Shown in pieces: positions 16,645 to 27,057 of a stretch of 64,000 nucleotides of DNA. This stretch comes from a virus: positions 1 to 64,000 of the IMG/VR virus record IMGVR_UViG_3300028569_000023; one strand, given 5' to 3'. Under the pieces are notes generated by a model that was not told where the DNA came from, did no database searches, and saw nothing but the letters and a program-made list of their open reading frames with translations. Each line of letters begins with the position of its first letter. The stretch's first letter is position 1. A program made the position numbers and the translations under genes.

Positions 16645-17619
16645 GTGGGAATTTTTACACCTAGGCTAGTATATAATCCATTCGAATATCAATACGCTTA
16701 CGACATTTGGATGAAACAACAACAAATGCACTGGTTACATACTGAAATAAGTATGGCGTCAGATATTTCCGATTGGAAAACTAAACTGACGGACGCTGAA
16801 AGAGGAGTTATCGGTGGGGTCCTAAAAGGATTTACTGTTGCTGAACTTGTTATCGGTAATAATTACTGGAGCGAAATCATACAGCGTAAAATCAAGAAAC
16901 CTGAAATCCAAATGGCAGCGTGTACTATTGCGTCAATGGAAACAATCCATGCAGCAGCGTATGCTCAATTGGAAATTTCACTAGGCATTGAGAACTTCGA
17001 TGCTTTTTTGTACGAACCTACTGCTAAAGCTAAAGTGGATAGACTTATCGATATTAAGGGTAATAACCGTAACGATCTTTTACGGTCTATTGCTATTTTC
17101 TCGGCATTCAATGAAGGAGTAAATCTTTTCAGTGCCTTTTCTATTTTGATGTCTTTTAGCCGCCGCGACCTGTTAAAAGGAGTAGGCGAAATTGTCGCGT
17201 TCTCTGTACGTGACGAATCGATGCATTCCGAATTTGGATGTTGGTTATTTAGACAGATTATTGAAGAACATCCTGAAATGAAAACCGAAGAACTTCGTAC
17301 TGATATTTACGAAGCGGCGAGATTGACTGTCGAGTTAGAAGATAACTTCACAGATCATTGTTTTAGCTTTGGTAATATCGAAGGAATTAATAAAGAAGAT
17401 ATTAAGCAGTATATCAGACATCGTGCTAATACAAAATTAGGCGATTTAGGCTATGGTATTAACTGGAAAAATATTGACAAGGAAGCGGTTTCTAGGATAA
17501 CATCATGGTTCGACGTTATGACTGCCGGAGATTCAAAACAGGACTTTTTCAGCGGTCGTGAAACTCGATACTCGAAAGGTCGCAACTTCGATGAAATTTG
17601 GACAGGGGAATGGAAATGA
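16645..17619 (+). CDS. nrdB: Class I ribonucleotide reductase beta subunit
   Basis: HW...E, ETIH...Y, NEG, RDESMH, C-terminal DFF...Y motifs. Confidence 0.93.
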   Translation: MGIFTPRLVYNPFEYQYAYDIWMKQQQMHWLHTEISMASDISDWKTKLTDAERGVIGGVLKGFTVAELVIGNNYWSEIIQRKIKKPEIQMAACTIASMETIHAAAYAQLEISLGIENFDAFLYEPTAKAKVDRLIDIKGNNRNDLLRSIAIFSAFNEGVNLFSAFSILMSFSRRDLLKGVGEIVAFSVRDESMHSEFGCWLFRQIIEEHPEMKTEELRTDIYEAARLTVELEDNFTDHCFSFGNIEGINKEDIKQYIRHRANTKLGDLGYGINWKNIDKEAVSRITSWFDVMTAGDSKQDFFSGRETRYSKGRNFDEIWTGEWK

Positions 17620-19331
17620 CATTAGACGATCTTAAGGCCGCCGGAGAAGCCCCGAACTGGATGACGGAGGAATCGTTTTTAACTCTATCTAAGGGTTATT
17701 TACTTCCCGAAGAAACCCCTAATCAGATGTGGATTAGAGTTTCTGAATCTTCAGCGAAACATTTAGGAAGACCCGAATGGGCTGAAAAATTCTATTACCT
17801 AATGTGGAATAACTTCTTGGGATTAGCGAGCCCTGTCGCTGCGAATGGCGGTACAGATCGCGGATTACCGATTAGCTGTTTCAGTGTTTCAGTACCGGAT
17901 AGTATTACTGGTATTTTCGATACGTACTCCGAAATCGCGACGATGACTAAAAACGGCGGCGGCGTCGGAGTTTATTGGGGTAATGTTAGAGGTCGCGGTG
18001 AGAGTATTAAAGGTAACGGTAAGTCCGATGGTATCATCGGGTGGAATAAAGTACAAGACTCGCTAACGATTGCTGTATCACAGGGTCAAACTCGCAGAGG
18101 AGCTACTGCTTCTTATATCTCTATTGAACATCCTGATTTCGAAGAGTTCCTTAAAATGCGCAGACCTATCGGAGATACAAATAGGCAATGTCTTAACATT
18201 CATCATGGTGTATCTATTCCAAATAGCTTCATGGAAAAAGTACGAGATGGTGATTCGGATGCTAAACATAAGTATCAAGAATTACTTCGCTGTCGCTTCG
18301 AAACGGGCGAACCGTATATGCTATTTATCGATAACGTAAATGATCAGAATCCAAAGATGTACAAGGATTTGGATCTTAAAGTTGAAACTAGTAATATCTG
18401 TTCCGAAATTATGCTTCATACCGATAAAGACCATTCTTTCGTTTGCTGTTTGTCGAGCATGAATCTCGCTAGATGGCACGAATGGAAAGATACCGACGCT
18501 GTATTTTGGGCTACAGTCTTTTTGGACGGGGTTATGGAAGAGTTCATTCAGAAAGCTAAGAAGATTCCGTACATGGAGCGATCTGTTCGTTTTGCGGAGA
18601 AATCACGAGCATTAGGACTCGGAGTTCTAGGATGGCACTCGTTTCTTCAACAGGAACGTATTGGATTCGAATGGATCTCCGCGTTTTCGTACAATCACTT
18701 AATCTTTGAACATCTCCAAAGAGAATCAACTCGTGCTTCGGAGTTCCTAGCTAAGGAATTCGGAGAACCGGAATGGTGTAACGGTCACGGGGTTAGAAAT
18801 TCTCACCGTTTAGCGGTAGCTCCCACTGTTTCTAATTCTTTGATCTCTGGAAACGTCAGTGCCGGAATCGAGCCCTGGAGTTCAAACGCTTTCGCTAATA
18901 AAACAGCTAAGGGTGTTTTCATTCATCAAAATAAAGAGCTAAAGAAAGTATTAGAAGAACTAAATAAAGATACTCCCGAGGTGTGGAGTAGTATTTCAAC
19001 CAACGAAGGAAGCGTTCAGCACTTGGATTTTCTATCGTCAGATTTAAAAGAAGTGTTCAAAACGGCTAGGGAACTTGATCAATTACAAGTTGTACGCCAG
19101 AATGCTGATAGACAGAAATATGTAGATCAAGGTATTAGTTTGAATCTGTTCTTTAAAGCTAATGTCGATTTGGCCTATTTCTCGAAAGTCCATTTCAGCG
19201 CATGGGAACGAGGGTTAAAGAGCTTGTACTATTGTAGATGCGAAGAAGCTAGTCGCGGAGATGTTGCTAGTCGAGAGAACGTTGAACCTGCTAAAGCAGA
19301 TGAAACATCATGTGTAAGTTGTGAGTCGTAA
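17616..19331 (+). CDS. nrdA: Class I ribonucleotide reductase alpha subunit (no ATP cone)
   Basis: ISCF, GGGVG, QGQTRRGA, SNICSEI, APT, SLYY, C-terminal CVSC. Confidence 0.95.
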   Translation: MTLDDLKAAGEAPNWMTEESFLTLSKGYLLPEETPNQMWIRVSESSAKHLGRPEWAEKFYYLMWNNFLGLASPVAANGGTDRGLPISCFSVSVPDSITGIFDTYSEIATMTKNGGGVGVYWGNVRGRGESIKGNGKSDGIIGWNKVQDSLTIAVSQGQTRRGATASYISIEHPDFEEFLKMRRPIGDTNRQCLNIHHGVSIPNSFMEKVRDGDSDAKHKYQELLRCRFETGEPYMLFIDNVNDQNPKMYKDLDLKVETSNICSEIMLHTDKDHSFVCCLSSMNLARWHEWKDTDAVFWATVFLDGVMEEFIQKAKKIPYMERSVRFAEKSRALGLGVLGWHSFLQQERIGFEWISAFSYNHLIFEHLQRESTRASEFLAKEFGEPEWCNGHGVRNSHRLAVAPTVSNSLISGNVSAGIEPWSSNAFANKTAKGVFIHQNKELKKVLEELNKDTPEVWSSISTNEGSVQHLDFLSSDLKEVFKTARELDQLQVVRQNADRQKYVDQGISLNLFFKANVDLAYFSKVHFSAWERGLKSLYYCRCEEASRGDVASRENVEPAKADETSCVSCES

Positions 19332-19473
19332 TGAAATTCTTCTTTGGAGATACTGAAATTACAGAAAAGGAATTCTTTAGCAAAATAGCAACGCTTAATT
19401 TGCTATACGGATCTGTTAGTTACATGCAAGACGAACAAGGATTACATATTCTAGATCCAGGAGAACAACGATA

Positions 19474-19800
19474 ATGTGGTTAATATATCGGAACAGCGGA
19501 GACTACGGAGAATCTTCTCAAGACATCATAGGGTTCTCTCGCGACGAAGAAACTGCGAAACTATCGGTTGAAGTTCTAGAACAAACGGCCAATAGACTCA
19601 GTGACACGTATAGTGATATTTGGCAAGAATGGTATAATAGCGATGAATACGAAAGTAATGATTCTAGCGAAAGATATGGACCTATTTGGGAAAAATGTCA
19701 TGAATTATCGGAAAAGCTATTAAATTCTGAAGAGTATATTCTAGTAGGATCGAAAGATGCGGTTTTTGGATATTTCAAAGTAGAGGAGATCAATGTATGA
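19474..19800 (+). CDS. Hypothetical protein
   Basis: AGGAG RBS. Confidence 0.65.
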   Translation: MWLIYRNSGDYGESSQDIIGFSRDEETAKLSVEVLEQTANRLSDTYSDIWQEWYNSDEYESNDSSERYGPIWEKCHELSEKLLNSEEYILVGSKDAVFGYFKVEEINV

Positions 19801-20084
19801 ACGAAATGATATCAATAGCTGTTACTGGCATGTTGACTATGATCTTAATTATTTGGTTAATGTATAAAATAGAATGTACCATATATCGAGATCGATTTAA
19901 AAAAGGCGACATTATCGTAGGTAAAGATACCGAAAGTTGGCACGTACAAGAACGTATGGAAATTATAGAATCAGGCATCAACTACTATAGAGCATATGAT
20001 ATTGATTCTAACGGTAAGAAAACTGATAGAGACTTAAATAAAAAAATAGCTCATGCTTTTTATAAAAAATTGGAAAATCTATGA
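19797..20084 (+). CDS. Membrane-anchored hypothetical protein
   Basis: N-terminal TM helix; GAGGAG RBS. Confidence 0.65.
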   Translation: MNEMISIAVTGMLTMILIIWLMYKIECTIYRDRFKKGDIIVGKDTESWHVQERMEIIESGINYYRAYDIDSNGKKTDRDLNKKIAHAFYKKLENL

Positions 20085-20809
20085 TCCTACAATTAAATCC
20101 CAGTATTCCGGTTAATACACCAAAAGGCCCAGGAGAAGCAATTCTGATCATTGACTACGGTAAAGAAGATGATTTACTATTTACTGTATTCCTTGACGAA
20201 ACGGGACAGTGCTGGACGTTCAACAATAAAGACATCCGAGCTATTAAGAATGTTTCGATTGGAAGAACAACCGTTGAAGATCCGAAAGTTATTGCTAAAT
20301 GCGATGAAGAATACATTAGTATATTTAAAGAACGAGACGAATTATTACAAGCTATTCGATTAAATCAAGAAGCTTTTGGTACACCAAATATCACAATACC
20401 TACCGATGAATCCGAAGAAGTTCAAGTCGGTGGTGTTAAGATTATATCAGATCCTAACATGAAGCCTGGAGAATGGGCTATTTACGGAGATCCTGGAGGT
20501 CATACAGCTAAAGTGGTTAAAGGGTTGTATGAAGAAGTAAAAGAACTAAATAAGTGGCTATCTAATTTAGATTTCCATAGGCTATCAGTTGATTCTGAAG
20601 TTAAGCTAGTAGAAGCGATAGATTTAAGACGAGTAGAGTTAACTAACGGTGATCGTATGATGCCGGATAATGTGAATATCGTCACAAAAGAACTAGCAGC
20701 AGCTATCGAAAAGTTAAAACAACACGATTTTAACATGGGATTAGTAGAACCGACGCCCGGAAATCCTAAACGTAATATCTTCAAGAACTTGTTCTGGGGT
20801 TACGAATAG
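20081..20809 (+). CDS. Hypothetical phage protein
   Basis: 242 aa ORF beginning MILQLNPSIPVNTPKG. Confidence 0.75.
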   Translation: MILQLNPSIPVNTPKGPGEAILIIDYGKEDDLLFTVFLDETGQCWTFNNKDIRAIKNVSIGRTTVEDPKVIAKCDEEYISIFKERDELLQAIRLNQEAFGTPNITIPTDESEEVQVGGVKIISDPNMKPGEWAIYGDPGGHTAKVVKGLYEEVKELNKWLSNLDFHRLSVDSEVKLVEAIDLRRVELTNGDRMMPDNVNIVTKELAAAIEKLKQHDFNMGLVEPTPGNPKRNIFKNLFWGYE

Positions 20810-20847
20810 TACTTGACTTTCTATAACGTTTCGTTTATAATAGAGTC

Positions 20848-21120
20848 ATGATTAAATATTTACTTCTATTAACCGTATTATCTGGATGTATTAATGTTGA
20901 AACACTAAAAGTAGGTGAATGCGTACTTGTTCATCCTACAAACATCGGACTAATTTCTATTAGTTCAGTAACTGAAAAAATAGTGGTAGGACGCCGACTA
21001 GCACTTAATAATGAAGACGGGATGCTTTATGAACAAGAATATCGTGCTCTTACTAAAGAAGAACTAAAAGGTTCGTCATTTACTTGCGATTACTATCCCT
21101 ATGAGGATAATAAAAAATGA
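20848..21120 (+). CDS. Putative lipoprotein (leaderless)
   Basis: Lipobox LSGC; promoter TTGACT-N17-TATAAT at 20813-20841. Confidence 0.7.
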   Translation: MIKYLLLLTVLSGCINVETLKVGECVLVHPTNIGLISISSVTEKIVVGRRLALNNEDGMLYEQEYRALTKEELKGSSFTCDYYPYEDNKK

Positions 21121-21299
21121 AACCTCGCAAATGTGATTGTTGTGGAAAATTTAGAAAAGAAGAAGATCTTTTCGAATCTCAAGCCGAAGGTGTCGAGTGG
21201 TGGGTAGAATGTCGTTTCTGTTGTTCAGATTTTGATCTCCAAGTCTATTTTTCTAAATTGGAAAATGATACCGGATTGGAAATAGAGGACACGTTCTAA
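21117..21299 (+). CDS. Small Zn-ribbon-like protein
   Basis: CDCC...CRFC. Confidence 0.55.
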   Translation: MKPRKCDCCGKFRKEEDLFESQAEGVEWWVECRFCCSDFDLQVYFSKLENDTGLEIEDTF

Positions 21300-21458
21300 T
21301 GTTTAGCTTAATAATTAAACCGCAAGGTTCAACTAAATGGGAAGAACATCTAGTAGTCGCTAAGTCGATAGACTCGGCTATTAAAAAGCTCGAAAAACAA
21401 CTAAAGACCACTTTCGAACTAGTTGGATATCAGGATCTTAGACCTAGAGGATGAAAGA

Positions 21459-21794
21459 ATGAGAACACTTTTAAATCAAATTGTATTTTTTGTACTATGT
21501 TTTACCGCTTTATTTTTCTCGATTAGATCAATTTTAATTGACACTGGTCATTATAAAGAAACCAATGGGCCTCAAAAACAGGTCGGAATGTGTTATTATC
21601 ACGATCGGTCTAATGAATTCGAAAAGAAAATAACAATTCTGAAAGTACTAGAAATAGGAAAAACCTTGTATAAGGTAGATGTTTTTTATCCTGGTATCGG
21701 CTGGGAGAATAAGATTATCGATAGGCCATTTAGCGTAAAATCTATTAGACATGTCGATAGCGATTATGTAAATTCAATAGAATGTCCAAAATGA
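21459..21794 (+). CDS. Membrane-anchored hypothetical protein
   Basis: N-terminal TM helix; GAGG RBS. Confidence 0.6.
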   Translation: MRTLLNQIVFFVLCFTALFFSIRSILIDTGHYKETNGPQKQVGMCYYHDRSNEFEKKITILKVLEIGKTLYKVDVFYPGIGWENKIIDRPFSVKSIRHVDSDYVNSIECPK

Positions 21795-22272
21795 TTACTA
21801 TTCTATACAAAGATCCGTACAGTCAGTTAATGGAACGTAAAGACTTTAAGAATGAATCGGACGCTATTAAATTCCTAGTGGCGTTACGTGATGATTATCC
21901 GGAAGTACAATATGAGGTTATCGAATTATGAAATGGATTTTCGAACCGCCCGGTACTAGAAAACAAGTTATGGCTGGATATATTCTAGGATTAATTCTAA
22001 CACTTATTCTAGGAGCGCTAACTTTATGAGTTCAGAAAGCATCGAGCGTACATTCGGTTGGATATTAGGAATCAGCGTTACTAGTATTGTAGTATTTGCT
22101 GCAATATTATTTGCGTCATTCGTAATTGAAGAAGTTACAGGATACAAAGTTAAAAGCTATTTTGTTTCTAAGGAGAACCAATGATCGGTTTATTTCTTTG
22201 TATCTTTCTAACTCTTTTCGTGCTAGTGTTAGGAACAATGGGCGGCGGAAATAACAAGGGAGGACCGAACTG

Positions 22273-22887
22273 GTGACACCTACTTATTTAGCACTAGACG
22301 TTGAATCCGGAGGATTGGACCATAACGTTACCAGCGTTTTGGAATACTATTTCATTGTTCTAGACGAGAACTTTAATGAATTAGCAAATCTGCATCTTCT
22401 AACAAAACCCGACGATGGTATTTATGCGTTAAACGCTAAAGCTATGGAGGTTAATCGTATTAACCTTATAGAACACGATAAAGTGGCGGTCTTCGAAAGA
22501 GAAGCGAAAACTAAGCTATACCAGTTTCTAGATTCCAATACTAACCACGGCGAGCATAAACTCGTATGGGTTGGACATAACGTTGGATTCGATAGAGATG
22601 CCGTATACGCAAAGCTCTGTTCAAGAACTACTCTTGATAAGTTCTGTAAATACTATACGCTCGATACCGGGACTGTTTCTCAGTTCCTGAGATTCGCTAA
22701 TCTTTTACCATTAGATGTAACAAGTTCGCTAGGAGCATTGATTGAACACTTCGGAGTTCAGGGTGTTAACAGTCACAAAGCTGAAGATGATATTAGGGTA
22801 ACAATTGAAGTGCTAAAAGCTATGTCAGACCGCGTTAAAATGGCAGGACTTTATAGAGCACTACACGATGAGCAAGCTTATGGATGA
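22273..22887 (+). CDS. DEDDh 3'-5' exonuclease (DnaQ-like)
   Basis: LDVESGG, GHNVGFD, LDT, HKAEDD motifs. Confidence 0.9.
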   Translation: MTPTYLALDVESGGLDHNVTSVLEYYFIVLDENFNELANLHLLTKPDDGIYALNAKAMEVNRINLIEHDKVAVFEREAKTKLYQFLDSNTNHGEHKLVWVGHNVGFDRDAVYAKLCSRTTLDKFCKYYTLDTGTVSQFLRFANLLPLDVTSSLGALIEHFGVQGVNSHKAEDDIRVTIEVLKAMSDRVKMAGLYRALHDEQAYG

Positions 22888-23668
22888 TAAAATCATAGTA
22901 ATAGCGGATATTCACGGGGACTATAAGAAACTAATGCAGGTAATGCGTCGTCTTTACAAAAAAGGACTTCGCTTTAAAGGAACGAATAACGTACTGATCC
23001 AACTCGGAGATCGCGTCGATAGGGGACCGGATAGTTACCGAGTTAACGGATTCTTTCTAAGACTACAAAAACGATATCCTTCACAAATCCAACTGATTTA
23101 CGGCAATCATGAGGACATGATGAAACAAGCAGCGTCGAGTGGTATTAACGATCATAATCACATCTTCTATTATAACGGCGGAGATAAGACTCTAAAGAGT
23201 TACGCTAGAGCTACTAAAGAGTACGGAAAGAATCGCTTGTATCATTCAATCGTTAAAGCTGGACATTGGGATTTACTGGCAGATCCGGTTTTGTATATCG
23301 AGACGAATGACTATTTCTTTTGCCATGCTCCGATTCCGAAAATGGAATACCGTCAAGGATTAGCAGCATTAGCGCCCGATGCATTCCTTCGCGATAAAGA
23401 TACTCTTATTTGGAGTTATGTTCATAACGATACTTCGGTTTGGGTAGATCCTGATCTTTTCAACGGAAAGATTTGTGTGTACGGACATGTTCACGGTTTA
23501 CATCGTAATCCTATTACGGATGAGTATCAAACATCTGTTCGTAAATACGGAAATGCTATTCTATTAGATACAGGCTGTGGATGCCACTCGGATGCCGTTT
23601 TGACTTCTCTAATTCTTCCCGATTTAACCACGCTCGATAACGAAGGAAAAGAAGAACAATTAGTTTGA
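22868..23668 (+). CDS. PPP-family Ser/Thr phosphatase-like metallophosphoesterase
   Basis: DIHG, GDRVDRG, GNHE, HA, GH and LDTG motifs. Confidence 0.9.
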   Translation: MSKLMDDKIIVIADIHGDYKKLMQVMRRLYKKGLRFKGTNNVLIQLGDRVDRGPDSYRVNGFFLRLQKRYPSQIQLIYGNHEDMMKQAASSGINDHNHIFYYNGGDKTLKSYARATKEYGKNRLYHSIVKAGHWDLLADPVLYIETNDYFFCHAPIPKMEYRQGLAALAPDAFLRDKDTLIWSYVHNDTSVWVDPDLFNGKICVYGHVHGLHRNPITDEYQTSVRKYGNAILLDTGCGCHSDAVLTSLILPDLTTLDNEGKEEQLV

Positions 23669-23699
23669 CTTTTTCTATATCCTATTGTATAATAGCGGT

Positions 23700-24395
23700 A
23701 TGGACCAAATCAAATTAGAACTTCAAGGTGTTTTCGGTAACGATAAGCAGATCGCAGAAGCGGCTTGGACATCAAGTACTACCTACGAAGGTAAAGAACT
23801 GAAAAACGAATCAGACGTTTCGCGAGTAGTGAATATGCTCGCTGATTCGAAACACTCCGTACCATTCGAGAGTGTCGTATTTCGTTTCTGGATGAAAATT
23901 CCAATCACCACCGATAGACAAGTAGTAACGCATAGAATTGCTTCGCATTCCGGAATGAGTGGTCGGTATCGCACAATGCCAGATGAGTTCCTGGAAATGC
24001 CTATGGACGTTTTGGATATTCTATATAAGGGACTAGGAACCGTTCAGTCTCTTTTTTTCGAACAGTCTTATCAGAAACTGGCACAAGAAGCTAATTGGAT
24101 GTACCGTGAACTACTAACGGAACTTAAAGAAGTAGAACAAAAGGGAATTCTTACGAATACTGAGTATAAGCGTGCTCGTGAATTCTATCGTGGTATTCTG
24201 CCACAAAATAACATGACAGAACGAGTAACCGTTATTAATCTTCGAAGCTTTGCTAATTTCGTTAAGCTTCGTGATAAGCCTGAAGCGCAGCCTGAAATCC
24301 GGTACTTAGCTCAGTTAATGCTGGACGCTGTAAAAGCATCTAATACTTGCCCGATTGCGCTCGCCGCGCTCGAACGAAATAACTGGAGCATCTAA
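23700..24395 (+). CDS. thyX: Flavin-dependent thymidylate synthase (leaderless)
   Basis: HSVPFE, RQVVTHRIASHSGMSGRY, NLRS...LR, AQPEIR; promoter TTGACT-N17-TATAAT at 23665-23693. Confidence 0.9.
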   Translation: MDQIKLELQGVFGNDKQIAEAAWTSSTTYEGKELKNESDVSRVVNMLADSKHSVPFESVVFRFWMKIPITTDRQVVTHRIASHSGMSGRYRTMPDEFLEMPMDVLDILYKGLGTVQSLFFEQSYQKLAQEANWMYRELLTELKEVEQKGILTNTEYKRAREFYRGILPQNNMTERVTVINLRSFANFVKLRDKPEAQPEIRYLAQLMLDAVKASNTCPIALAALERNNWSI

Positions 24396-24898
24396 TGTAT
24401 AAAGTTTGGAAAACATCATCAATCGATAATCGTTATGAAGTTTCTAATTACGGAGAAGTTCGTAATATTAAAACTCAACGTAAACTAACCCCTTATGGCG
24501 CGTCGCGTTATAGCAAATACGTATATATTGGAAACAAAGCTCGTAATATCGAATACGTTATTTCTTTGGAATTCAACCTTCACGAAAGACACCAAGATTC
24601 AGCGGTTAACGTTAATAACGAATCTAAACTAGCTAAGAACTTGACTCCTTGTACTCGTTCTGAAAGAACTTCGGTTAACATGAAAAAAGTATGGGCTAAA
24701 CGGAATGCTCGAAAAGGACGTACTTTAGTCGGAGCTTATAAGAACCTAATCAAAGGGTCTAAAAAACCGTACAGGGCGATGATTAAACATCTTAATAAAC
24801 TTACGACTATTGGATATTACAATACAAAAAAAGAAGCACATCTTGCTTTTAAAGCTAAGCACTTAGAACTATTCGGATTCGAACACGGAAGTATCTAA
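24395..24898 (+). CDS. NUMOD4/AP2-type homing-endonuclease-like protein with degenerate HNH
   Basis: YEVSNYGEVRN (NUMOD4-like) and IGYYNTKKEAHLAF (AP2-like); HNH core not intact. Confidence 0.65.
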   Translation: MYKVWKTSSIDNRYEVSNYGEVRNIKTQRKLTPYGASRYSKYVYIGNKARNIEYVISLEFNLHERHQDSAVNVNNESKLAKNLTPCTRSERTSVNMKKVWAKRNARKGRTLVGAYKNLIKGSKKPYRAMIKHLNKLTTIGYYNTKKEAHLAFKAKHLELFGFEHGSI

Positions 24899-25914
24899 TG
24901 AGCATCCGTTTATCAAAAACCGCCGTTGAGATGTATCAACAGTGCGGGATGAAATACAAGCTTCACTATATCGACAAGTGGCGCTCAAAGCTTTTAGACA
25001 GTCCGTTGTTCTTCGGATCGGCTATTGACGAAGCGTTGAATTGTTTGCTCATTACAAAGAAAAAGACACTAATCGGAGACGAGGTTAAATTCTTAGGTAA
25101 AGATCCACGTATTCTATTTTACGAATCGTTTAAGTTCGTTAAGGTACTAGACGATAGAGTAGACATTCGGTTTAGTGAGTTAGCTCGTTATTCAGCGGCT
25201 GATATCGATCTGGACATTCTATTAGACGAGGACTTGGATTATATCCTGAAACATAACCCATCTAAAGAAATTGAGCTTGTAAAAGAGAACGTCGTCGGTT
25301 TTATCGAAGAATGTCAAGCTGTTCGTAAAGAGAAGGGAATGCTGGAACTTCCGGAGTTTAAGCTTTACAACCTCTGTGCGTGGACTAGTCTTTACCGAAA
25401 AGGACTTATGCTTATCGAAGCGTATGAAAAGAACATCATGCCTGAAATCGTTGAAGTTCATGACATCCAAAAACTAGTACATCTTCCTAACGAACAAGGC
25501 GATCATATTACCGGATTTATTGACTTTACCGCTACATTTAAAGACGGCGTTAAAAGGGTCATGGATAACAAAACGAGCAGTCAGCGATATACTCAGCAAG
25601 ATATTCTTGACTCGCAGCAGCTTTCTATTTATACTGAATATGAAAGCAACAAACAGTGCGGGTTCGCTGTTCTGGAAAAGAAGATTAGAAAGAAAGAACC
25701 AAGGGTTAGAACTGAGTTAGTTTTTGGAGAAGTATCAGATGCTCAAGTCGAGAAACACTTCGAAGCTATCGATTCGGTTTTGACGAACGTTAAGAATGGC
25801 GTGTTTGAGAAGAACGAGAAGTCATGTTTTCTATATGGAAAACCTTGCCCGTTCTACGATGCGTGCATGAAGAACGATTTTAGTCATTTAGTAAATACTA
25901 AGGAGAAGAAATGA
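24898..25914 (+). CDS. PD-(D/E)XK nuclease (Cas4/RecB-like exonuclease)
   Basis: N-terminal C, GFID, DNKT, QLSIY, C-terminal C...CPFYDAC. Confidence 0.85.
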   Translation: MSIRLSKTAVEMYQQCGMKYKLHYIDKWRSKLLDSPLFFGSAIDEALNCLLITKKKTLIGDEVKFLGKDPRILFYESFKFVKVLDDRVDIRFSELARYSAADIDLDILLDEDLDYILKHNPSKEIELVKENVVGFIEECQAVRKEKGMLELPEFKLYNLCAWTSLYRKGLMLIEAYEKNIMPEIVEVHDIQKLVHLPNEQGDHITGFIDFTATFKDGVKRVMDNKTSSQRYTQQDILDSQQLSIYTEYESNKQCGFAVLEKKIRKKEPRVRTELVFGEVSDAQVEKHFEAIDSVLTNVKNGVFEKNEKSCFLYGKPCPFYDACMKNDFSHLVNTKEKK

Positions 25915-26047
25915 AACGACTTTTTGTACTAATGAGTCCTAGCGGTGAACTGAGTCTTTGGGTTCAACAAAACGGAGAATATGTCCCTGTCGAAGGAAAC
26001 AGCGAAGAAGACGGTCGTTACGAAATGCTAGGATCTTGGGAGGAATA

Positions 26048-26335
26048 ATGATTACAGCTAAAGAAGCAAAAGCTAATTCACAATTGGCGTCACAACCTGC
26101 ACCTATTCCTGTTATTCTAGAAGCAATTGAATACAGAATACGAGATGCTGCTCAAAAAGGTAGAACTGAGGTAGAAGTAACGCCTAGTACTACTCCTGCT
26201 ATCAATAATTATTTTATATTAGAAAATCTTCAATATCTCAATAAACTAGTAGAAGAATTACAATCTTTAGGATATAGCGTAACTTTAAATTCAGTCGCTA
26301 TTATCACATATGGTATTGTGGTGAGTTGGAAATGA
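26048..26335 (+). CDS. Hypothetical protein
   Basis: GGAGG RBS; start revised to MITAKEA. Confidence 0.7.
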   Translation: MITAKEAKANSQLASQPAPIPVILEAIEYRIRDAAQKGRTEVEVTPSTTPAINNYFILENLQYLNKLVEELQSLGYSVTLNSVAIITYGIVVSWK

Positions 26336-26763
26336 AACAATCAGTCGTTATTCTAGTAGGAACTCCGGGATCGGGAAAATCAACGCTCGCTAAAGAGTTC
26401 ACCGATCATGTTCGTATTTCGCAGGATGTTCTAGGATCTCGCCAGAATTGCATTAACGAGTGTCATAAGCATCTATCTTCGGGAAAGTCCGTGATTATCG
26501 ATAGAACTAATATCAATCGTCAGCAGCGAGGATACTGGACAAATATCGCTAATTACTATGGAATTACGAATGTTCATTGTATTGTCTTGGAATTAGATCC
26601 AGAAGAATGCATTCACCGTATTTCGCATAGAGTAGGACATGAAACTATCTCGGAACATTTAAGCATTGACGAGAAGAGAAAGATCGTGTATAATTTTCAT
26701 AAATCGTTCGAGATGCCAAGTCTCAACGAAGGATTTAAAACAATCACGATTACAAAAGGATGA
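26332..26763 (+). CDS. P-loop kinase (AAA_33 / polynucleotide kinase-like)
   Basis: GTPGSGKST, RISQD, IIDRTN, PSLNEGF motifs. Confidence 0.85.
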   Translation: MKQSVVILVGTPGSGKSTLAKEFTDHVRISQDVLGSRQNCINECHKHLSSGKSVIIDRTNINRQQRGYWTNIANYYGITNVHCIVLELDPEECIHRISHRVGHETISEHLSIDEKRKIVYNFHKSFEMPSLNEGFKTITITKG

Positions 26764-26767
26764 ACAA

Positions 26768-27049
26768 ATGAGTAAGAAACAAAAATCAATTGAAGATCTA
26801 ATTTTGGAGGCAGCGACTCCGAAACAGGAGGAAAAAGAGCCACAAGTAGTACTTCCTGTTAATTTAACAGAAACAGCACTAGGAATCGCAAAAGATCCCT
26901 TGACAGGGAAGTGGAATGTGGTTACAATCAAATTCGACCCTGAAACACGGACAGCGGGTCCTGTCGAAATGAAGGAAGAAGAAGATCGTCAGATCGCAGT
27001 TGAACGTTTTAAGATTTACGCAGCTAACGATATTTTAACGCTTAAATAA
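26768..27049 (+). CDS. Hypothetical protein
   Basis: AAGGA RBS; start revised to MSKKQK. Confidence 0.7.
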   Translation: MSKKQKSIEDLILEAATPKQEEKEPQVVLPVNLTETALGIAKDPLTGKWNVVTIKFDPETRTAGPVEMKEEEDRQIAVERFKIYAANDILTLK

Positions 27050-27057
27050 GGAGATAC

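Noticed and set aside
24898-25914. Cas4 as part of a CRISPR-Cas system
   Set aside because: No other cas genes or arrays are present. Context next to ERF indicates a recombination exonuclease.
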